Below are positions 54,919 through 64,000 of a stretch of DNA of 64,000 bases, piece after piece. The notes under the pieces were generated by a model. The model had not been told where the DNA came from, searched no databases, and saw nothing but the letters and a program-made list of their open reading frames with translations. Position 1 is the first letter of the stretch. Each line of letters opens with the position of its first letter. The stretch covers positions 14,632,001 to 14,696,000 of the forward strand of contig OX597828.1 of the NCBI GenBank assembly GCA_951406725.2. The letters run 5' to 3'. This DNA comes from Octopus vulgaris (Eukaryota). The translations under genes were made by a program, and so were the position numbers.

Positions 54919-55042
54919 TGATGAGGACAAATGTAAATAATGTAAATAATGTACATAAGTCCTCATCTCTTGAATATAGAACTGAACTCCAGGTATGTTC
55001 CGGGCTTATTAGGCTTCCTCAGTGAAGCAATGCTTTACTCAT

Positions 55043-55076
<34 letters not shown>

Positions 55077-55325
55077 CTTTACTCATATGTATATGTATAT
55101 ATATGTTTATATGTATATGTATATATATGTTTATATATACATGGAGCAGTGCCTTAAAGGGCTTTAGTCGAAGAAATTAACTCCAGGCCTTATACTTTGT
55201 AAGCCTAGTACTTATTCTATCGGCCTCTGTTGCCGAACCACTGAGTTGCCGGGGACATAAACACACCAGCATCGGTTGTCAAGCGATGGTAGGTGGGAGG
55301 ACAAACATACACACACACAAATATA

Positions 55326-55375
<50 letters not shown>

Positions 55376-55583
55376 GGGCTTCTTTCAGTTTCCGTCTACC
55401 AAATCCACTCTCAAGGCTTTGGTCGGCCCGTAGCTATAGTAGATGACACTTGCCCAAGGTGCTACGCAGTGGAACTGAACCCGGAACCATGTGGTTGAGA
55501 AGCAAGCTTCTTACCACACAGCCACGAAGATATGTAAGTGTTTACTGGGTTAAAACATTTGCTCATTCATTATCCAATATATC

Positions 55584-55886
55584 CAGGGCGGATTAAGACC
55601 CATAGAGGCCATAAGCACTTTTTGGTGCCCTCAAGTATGTATAATTCAAAATATAAACAATAATAAACCCTAAAATAGGTTTTTATTTTTCAAAATGAAA
55701 CAAACCTAACTAGAAGATGAAGAATAAGGTTTATTTTTGTATATTTCCACTTTTACTCTTTTACTTGTTTCAGTCATTTGACTGTGGCCATGCTGGAGCA
55801 CCGCCTTTAGTCGAGCAAATCGACTTATTCTTTATACATAAACACACCAGCGATGTTGGGGGTGGGGAGGGACAAACACAGACACA

Positions 55887-55964
<78 letters not shown>

Positions 55965-56408
55965 CATACATACATACATATATACGACGGGCTTCTTCTA
56001 GTTTCTGTCTACGAAGTCCACTCACAAGGCTTTGGTCGGCTCGAGGCTATAGTAGAAGAAACTTGCCCAAGGTGCCACACAGTGGGACTGAACCTGGAAC
56101 CATGTGGTTGATAAGCAAGCTACTTACCACACTGTCACTCCTGTGCCTATCATTTATATTTATTTATATTTAAAAAGTTTTCCCCTACTTTTTTTAATTG
56201 CAAGCTCTTTGATCACATCCTCAAACATTGATCTTACGCAACACATCTGTTCCCATATTTTATAGAGATAAGTTATCCCGAATATTATTTTAGCAAGTTT
56301 AAAGTGATTTCTTCCGTGCCGTTAACCATTTACCATTTCTGTAGTGCCCCCGCTTCCCTTGATGCCCTAAGCACATGCTTATTTTGCTTAATGGTAAATC
56401 CAGCGCTG
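55584..56408. mobile_element. hAT-like MITE with nested SINE family B
   Basis: Ends CAGGGCGGATT and AATCCAGCGCTG; subterminal GCC(A/C)TAAGCAC repeats. Confidence 0.55.
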
Positions 56409-56927
56409 AGCGTGTCGTAGCCATCAATAGCTGTTGGCTTCTTTTATATGAAAGATTCTGAGGCTATCAACCCATGAGATTCCCCTCTGCAGCTGAAAGC
56501 AATTCATTTTCAGATTAGTGAACTGAAACAACCTGAAATGAAGCACTATCCGAAAAACACAACTACCCGTTCAGACAGAAAATTGATCCCACGAACTTAC
56601 GCACATGAGTCCAACAGCCTAACAACTAGGCTACACACCTTGAATCGTAAAACAATTTAAATAATGACGTGGGGTGTTTTATAACTCACTACATTAGTTA
56701 CGTCACTGACATATGATATACTGGAATCGATTCAAGCAAACTTACCCTTCACCGGTGACGAAAAAAAGTCAGTCAGTACTACTAGGCATTAATTAACTAA
56801 TTAATTATTCTTAGAGTTATGAGCCCACGGTGTCAAATTTAGGAAAATAATTTGGGATGTAGTGATGTTCATTCTTTTCTTTCTAGACTATCATAACTTT
56901 GATGTTATTGTTATTTAGTACAAGTAA

Positions 56928-57592
56928 AGGCGGCGAGCTGGCAGAATCGACGCTGCTCCGGACAAAATGCTTTGCGATACTTTGTCCGTCTTTGCGTTCT
57001 GAGTTCAAATTCCTCCGAGATCGACTTTGACTTTCATCCTTTCGGGGTCGATAAATTAAATACCACTCAAGCACTGGGGTCGATGTAATCTTAACCATCT
57101 CCCTTCAAATTTCAGACCTTGTGTCTATAGTTGAAAGGTTATTTAGTTCAGGTAAGGCGGCGAGCTGGCAGAAACGTTAGCAAGCCGGGCGAAATGCTTC
57201 TTCCGCCGCTACGTTCTGAGTTCAAATACCGCTGAGGTCCACTTTGCCTTTCATCCTTTCGGGGTCGATAAATTAAGTACCAGTTACGCACTGGGGTCGA
57301 TGTAATCGACTTAATCCCTTTGTCTGTCCTTGTTTGTCCCCTCTATGTTTAGCCCCTTGTGGGCAATAAAGAAATAAGAATCCTTACCGCGCTGAACTAA
57401 AAGCTTGACAGCATTTCTTACAGCTCTTTACGTTCGGGTTTCAAATTCCCCCGAAGTCGACTTTGCTTTTCATCATTTAAGGGTTGATAAAATAAAGTAC
57501 CAGTCAAGCACTGGGGTCATTATGATCGACTACCCCCATATCCAAAATTTCAGACCTTGTGCTTATATAAGAAAGGGTTATTTAGTCCAGGT
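56928..57592 (+). mobile_element. Three stacked SINE family A copies
   Basis: Cores at ~57020, ~57240 and ~57457. Confidence 0.85.
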
Positions 57593-58902
57593 CAATTCTG
57601 ACCGAACATAATATTATCCTCTGCTTGTTTCAGTCACCAAATTGTGGCCATGCTGTGGCACCACCTTGAAGAATTTTTGTCGAATGAATCGATTCCAGTA
57701 TTTATTATTATGTAAAGCCTGGTACTTGTTGCATCGGTCCCTTTTGCTGAACCGCCTTGGTCGGCCCAAGACTATAGTAAAAGACATTTGCCCAAGATGC
57801 CACGCAGTGGGACTGAACCAGGAATTGTGTGGTTGGGAAGCAAACATCTTACCACACAGCCACACCCCAGGTATATATTGACCTCACGACCATAGTGCAG
57901 TGAGTTCGACTCCTTAATCGAACAATGTGTTGTGTCCATGAGCAAGATACTTAATTTCACGTTGTTACAATTGACTCACTTGAAAATGAGTACCAGTCGA
58001 GTGTTGGTGCCGCCATCTCACTCCATCCAACTGTCATATCCTGGGTGTTCCACTGGTTCAAAGGCACGAGGGCCGACAGAGCTCATTTTTGAGAAGCGAG
58101 ACGCATGAAATATAAATTATTCTCAAGTACGCTACTTATAAAATAATTCCAGATAATCTTTCGCTGGCGTGCTTTTCAGAATGTCCCGCGGGCCACAGTT
58201 TGTCGATTCTATTACCAAATTAGACAGAATAGTGAGAAGGCGATTTGGTTGTTATTTCTAGCTAATCAAACGATCACGCAGAAGCAACCTCATTAGCTTC
58301 ATAGAGTCTCTTTCGTTCGCTCGTAAGCCATCGTTACCTTTGTTTGTTTTGATGGGGTAAATTTAAGCGTTTCTGAAATCCCTCGAGAGTCGTATCACCC
58401 GATGCTTATCTTCAGGTAAGGTTGCTTATTGTAATGCACAGGTGTGATAAGTTCCAGAACGTTCGCAGCAAGCGAGGTAGTGGTGGTGTTTGGTTTTGGT
58501 GGCGGCGGTCATGGTGAAGTTATGGAATGTCAAAACTACTATTCTGTTTCGTATAACGCATTATATTTTGGCTACACACATACACACAAAAAATATATAA
58601 TACCTACACAGACAGAATTTGTGAATGCCAGTTCGCTTTAAATAATTCTTCAAGAAATTTTTAAATTTTTGTTTTTTTAATGATTCATCCTCTTACCCTT
58701 TTTTACTTTTACTCGTTTCAATCGTTTGACTGCGGCCATGCTGGAGCACCGCCTTTTAGTCGAGCAAATCGCCCCCCCCCCCCCGGGCTTATTCTTTGTA
58801 AGCCTAGTACTTATTCTATCCGTCTCTTTTGCCGAACCGCTAAGTTACGGGAACGTAAACACACCAGCATCGGTTGTCAAGCGATGTTGGGGGACAAACA
58901 CA

Positions 58903-59038
<136 letters not shown>

Positions 59039-59626
59039 CGACAGGCTTCTTTCAATTTCTGTCTATCAATTCCACTCACAAGGCTTTGGTCGGCCCGAGG
59101 CTATAAGTAGAAGACACTTGCCCAAGGTGCCACGCAGTGGGACTGAACCCGAAAAGATGTGGTTGGTAAGCAAGCTACTTACCACACAGTCACTCCTGCG
59201 CCTATATTATGTAAATATCTTTTTTCTGTTATTCAACGCAACGACATTTTCTTTCTTTTTTTTCTTTTTTTGTCAACGTTAAATATTTTGTATTTGGAAT
59301 TTTGCACAGACTTCTGTTCTGTCAACCAAACAAAATATTCCTTCGCTACAGTCTTAATCCAATAGTCGTATGGCAAGTAGATAGTTGTTCCAATATGTAT
59401 CATAAATTTCTGTCTAGTTCAAAAACAGATTGTCTATCTAGTCATCAGCTGTTTATCATGTCGAGTTATTTGGGTGTGAGGGTCGGGACAAATAAAGAGT
59501 GTAAAGCACCCTCCCGGCGATGGGCCTTGATGAAGGAACTTCACTGTACTACTTGTAGGATTTTTGCTATCTATCTCTGTGTGATATCTGCACTTGTTGG
59601 GTGCATCACACATTTCTCTACAATGT

Positions 59627-60021
59627 TGTAGAAAGGAATAAAACGGCAGGAACACGAATAGCTGAACAAATAACAATAATAGTTTATTACTTTCTCAGAA
59701 GGAGATACTTCATCGCTGGTCATCGGAAACATGAACGCCTGGGTGAGGAAGGCAGCAGAGTCGGATTAAATCACCATGGTTAAAACAGTCTTCACCGCCC
59801 GCGGAGTTTGGTTCGCCCCTTCGCTCGGAGCCTCGTCGGGATACGTCTTAATTCATCGACCGCCAAAGAGCCAAGAGGCTTGGAATTGCGGGAAAGCCTA
59901 ACTGCTCCTGATTACTGCGCATGCGCATCAGGGACTTCCGGCGGCCTACCGGAAGACACCAAACATTGCACATGCGCAGATGGACATCCCAAAATGACGT
60001 CTAAAACCTGGCGTCTCTACA
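59627..60021 (-). mobile_element. Probable solo LTR
   Basis: Termini TGTAGA...TCTACA; CpG-rich; AATAAA on the minus strand at ~59683; no clear TSD. Confidence 0.55.
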
Positions 60022-60243
60022 TACTCATTAATATCTACCAGAAAGCAACGTACATCGGCTGAAATCATACCACAGCAGAACAGCGGCTAATTTGCATCCA
60101 AGGGAATATTGTGAATCTTATTGTGTGTCAGGTATCTCTTAATGATGCAGATCACCTCGTAATGAACCACTGGCTACCTCGATCGCAGGATGGGTCGGTA
60201 TGTACAATAAACTACGAAATTGGCGAAGCCTGTGTAGTGATAC

Positions 60244-60815
60244 TATAACGGCGCGCGCTCGCGCACCGTCCATTTGTATTTCGCGCGTGTTGGTGCCTTT
60301 ACCAAGGCAGAGAGAGGAAGGGCCCTCTCGCGCATGCGCGAACCACCGGAAGCACGACCCTGGCCAAGGCAGGGGGATCGTAGAACGTTTGACCACTAGC
60401 AGCAGCAAGCGGTGACTTGGGACAGCAGCGATTGAAGGAGACGGTCACGCATATTTTCTCTCCGTTCGAACTTGCTTCTAGCAGTCCTTACCAAAAGGCC
60501 TTTAACCTGGATTGTTGCAGACATCATCTTCCCTGTTCGACGCCATCTTGAACCCGTTCTGGTTTTAGCGGCTGAATATTGTAAATATTACAATCGATTA
60601 ACTTTCAGCTTTGCGCGCCCCGAACCAAGGACATCAGATAACCACTTATTGTTATTGTTACCAAGAAAGAGAATAAAGTAGTATATATATATTTTACGTC
60701 TGCGTCTTGTTGTTTCTGACTGGTAGAGTCTGGATATAAAAGCAACGGCTTAGTGATTGCTTTCTTGTACCCCGAAAGTACAAGACAAGATATTCACACT
60801 CACATATTCGTTACA
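60244..60815 (+). mobile_element. Probable solo LTR
   Basis: Termini TaTAACG...CGTTACA; CpG-rich 5' part; AATAAA at ~60673; no clear TSD. Confidence 0.55.
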
Positions 60816-61620
60816 CCTGTATCAGTTAGATTTCGAATGTAAATTTTGAGCTGTGGGAGATGCCATGAAAACAATAACATTTTATGGAGTACAGTGTGGA
60901 AATCTAGGTCTGGGTCTGTTAGGTTTATCTTCCTCTGTTCAGCTCGTTTTCGTAGGTCTATTGTTCTTTAGCTCTCTGTTCATTTTAGATGAAACAGACC
61001 CCAGGCGCAGACTAACTATCAAATAATATAAGATCGTGCTAAGAGCAACAAGAGAATCAGAATATCGAAGAGTTTTTCCACTATTAGTTTTACCATTTTG
61101 CAAATAGTAAACTAAAATAGTTTTTGTTTTGTCCTTTGATTTTTTTCTTTTAGAAATAAGAAAACTTTGAAACTTTGCACTTTTCCTGTTTTTTTTTTCT
61201 TTTATGTTTCAGTCATCTGACTGCGACCATGCTGGAGCACCGCCTTTAGTCGAGCAAATCGACCCCAGGACTTAATCTTTGTGAGCCTAGTACTTATTCT
61301 ATCGGTGTCTCTTGCCGAACCGCTAAGTGACGGGGACGTAAACACACCAGCATCGGTCGTCAAGCGATGTTGGGAGGACAAACACAGAGGCACAAACGTA
61401 TACATAGATATATATACACGACAGGATTCTTTCAGTTTCCGTCAACCAAATCCACACACAAGGCTTTGGTCGACCCGAGGCTATAGTAGAGGACACTTGC
61501 CTAAGGTGCCTTAAATAAATTTGATTAAAGTAAAAGTTACAGTTTTATATGACATAATAAATGATCTGGCCACGTCGATGGTCTAGAAGAAAACTGAATT
61601 TTTAATCTATTATTTCACAT

Positions 61621-61682
61621 TCAGCACTTAGATTGTCTCGTCAGCACTTAGATTGTCTCTTCAGCACTTAGATTGTCTCGTC
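61621..61682. repeat. 20-bp tandem repeat (TCAGCACTTAGATTGTCTCG) x3
   Basis: Direct inspection. Confidence 0.9.
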
Positions 61683-62396
61683 TATTTCCCGAAGGGGGCA
61701 CATTGTGACGACGTAAAAGAAAAGCAACCAATATTTATGTCACTGCAGTAGACGTATCATTTCTGACAAGGTTACAGTGTCCTTTGTGTTATTTATTTTC
61801 AATATTATGGCAATGTTCACGACTTGGTGAAACAGTTGAGACTGCTCACTTGCAATGTTTTTTCTTCATATTCTGGCAAAAAAACCCACATTGTTTTGAC
61901 ATTTTAAACCTCCAATGCAACGAAGAAAAATTATATAATTTTTTTACCAGAAATATGACACAAACGATGCTAAAAAAACTAATCTTTGGCAATATGACAG
62001 TATGCTAATAATAACTGAACAGAATGTTTTTATTCATGTTTTACAAGATGTACCTAATTCGTTTTGAAGACAGGAAACTCATGATATCCTGAGGCATCAA
62101 CCCATGATATCCTGAAGCATCTTATAACAATAATAGGAGTTAGTGCACTCATCCATTCTCACACAGCATTTGCTAACATTGAACATTTTTATGCAGGTTT
62201 TCTAAGATGTACTTAAACCATTTCTTTGTGTAAGAAAGAGAATTGTTCATATATTTTTTCAAACTCTTTTACTCTTTTACTTGTTTCAGTCATTTGACTG
62301 CGGCCATGCAGTCAAATCGACCCCAGGACTTATTCTTTGGAAGCCTAGTACTTATTCTAGTACTTATCACAGGCATACAAACACACACACATATAC

Positions 62397-63548
62397 TACG
62401 CCAACTCTGTAATGGGATACTTAGAAGAACAACTCTACCAAGAGGTGGAGGTAAACTATGGCACTGGATTTAGAAAGTATATTGAAAGGGCATGGAAGAG
62501 ATACCTAGACGACTGTTTCATAATCTGGACAGAATCTCTAAATACTCTGGAAGAGTTCAATATCCTCCTGAACAACCTACACCCATCTCTCAAATTTACA
62601 AAGGAGATGAGTAGTACCAAATTACCATTCCTGGATATAATGGTAATTAAAAAAGACACCACCATCACCACAGATATATACTATAAACACACAGACACAC
62701 ATCAATACCTAAATTTTAAGTCGTGCCATCCACCACATACAAAACGTAACATCCCATACTGCCTAGCCAGAAGAATTTGTACTATTGTAGAAGATGCAAA
62801 TATCAGGAACAAACGCCTAATAGAACTAAGAGAATTTTTGCTCAAACAAAAATACCCATCTCTACTTATAGAAAATGGCATACAGCGGGCTATAAAAATA
62901 CCTATACAACAACTTAGGACAACCCAAGGAAGAGGAAAACAAGAACAAGTCATACCATTCATAGTGACACACAACCCATGTCACCAGAATATCTTCAACA
63001 TTGCCAAAGCAAACCTACCAATCATTGCCCAAAGTAATGAATTAAAAGACATAATCAAGGATCGAGCTATGGTGCTTAGTAAAAGACAGCCTAAAAACTT
63101 GAAAACATTACTAACAAAGGCAAAATTTGACCTCAGCAACAAAGACCAAACATTCACGGTATCTAAATGCAATGATAGCCGATGTGGCACATGCCAATTC
63201 ATACATACCGGTCAATATATAAACACAAAAACCGGGAAAATATTCACAAACGCGAATATGAACTGCAAAAGCAGAAATTTAATTTACTGCATCAAATGCC
63301 CAAATTGTGAAGAAATATATGTAGGTCAGACGGGAAACGCACTATTAGAACGCTCACGTGTACACCGGCAACAGATTAGAGACCCAGAGGTCCGTCAGAT
63401 ACCTTTGAGTAACCACCTAGCAACATGTGGTCGGAAAATATATATAATATTTCCATTCTACAAATTACACAGCCCAAGTGAAATCGAGAGGAAAATCAGA
63501 GAAAAGAATTTTATTGATAAATTCGAACCCAAGCTAAATAAGCAATAA
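62397..63548 (+). CDS. 5'-truncated Penelope-like retroelement ORF (RT C-terminal half, Zn-finger linker, GIY-YIG endonuclease), Neptune-like
   Basis: YANSVMGYLEE, WKRYLDDCF, LPFLD, YYKHTDTHQYLNFKSCHP, KCNDSRCGTC, NLIYCIKCPNCEEIYVGQT...R...H, REKNFI...LN. No stops or frameshifts over ~383 codons. The ATG at 62412 is internal. Confidence 0.93.
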   Translation, partial: YANSVMGYLEEQLYQEVEVNYGTGFRKYIERAWKRYLDDCFIIWTESLNTLEEFNILLNNLHPSLKFTKEMSSTKLPFLDIMVIKKDTTITTDIYYKHTDTHQYLNFKSCHPPHTKRNIPYCLARRICTIVEDANIRNKRLIELREFLLKQKYPSLLIENGIQRAIKIPIQQLRTTQGRGKQEQVIPFIVTHNPCHQNIFNIAKANLPIIAQSNELKDIIKDRAMVLSKRQPKNLKTLLTKAKFDLSNKDQTFTVSKCNDSRCGTCQFIHTGQYINTKTGKIFTNANMNCKSRNLIYCIKCPNCEEIYVGQTGNALLERSRVHRQQIRDPEVRQIPLSNHLATCGRKIYIIFPFYKLHSPSEIERKIREKNFIDKFEPKLNKQ

Positions 63549-64000
63549 TAATAATACTTAGAGGTATTACTTCCACTGCTACGACCATGACCACTAACAA
63601 CAACAACAATACTAAAGGTGATCAAGACGAAGATAGCAGGAAAATTATCTTATTTAGGGTTAAAAGTTCTATTGCCACCACCATCACCACTAGCAACAAT
63701 AATTAAGGTGCTGACAATGATGATGATGACAATTGAAATATAAAAATATAAAAATCTCTGACAAAGGATATTTACAACATTTCTAAAAATAACCCAACAA
63801 TTGCTGCTTCGGCCAGGGTCAAGATACAGGACTCTTGACCTGTCCAACAAAGCGTGATGCCTAAACCAATCAGCTCAACCAACCAATCAGCTTAAGTAAT
63901 TGAGTGATACTACACACTGATTGGTCAGAATACAGTTTGCAAAACCTAGCACTCTGGAGCCTACCCAGCTGTATTTATAGCACAGAATCACTCATCTTGC

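Overview
This is AT-rich, microsatellite-saturated animal non-genic DNA (intronic or intergenic). The SINE families and repeat density suggest an octopus or other cephalopod genome (inference). I found no host protein-coding exon; almost all ORFs in the track are translated microsatellites. Recognisable content: (1) dozens of tRNA-derived SINEs from at least four families; (2) Penelope-like elements (PLEs): one 5'-truncated but uninterrupted RT+GIY-YIG ORF at 62397-63548 and four decayed fragments; (3) about ten short islands embedded in (TA)n, often as inverted repeats; most of these, plus PLE termini, carry minimal hammerhead-ribozyme motifs (about 14 copies, several with unusual cores CCGANGA or CUGUYGA); (4) a tRNA-headed, hammerhead-tailed SINE-like unit matching the 3' end of a PLE; (5) a ~545-bp internally deleted RTE element with a complete HDV-like ribozyme fold at its 5' end; (6) a 1.57-kb interstitial (TTAGGG)n array with higher-order structure; (7) mariner/Tc1 remnants, a non-autonomous Helitron, MITEs, two probable solo LTRs and minisatellites. 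Ribozyme calls come from manual base-pairing only, and repeat coordinates are approximate.
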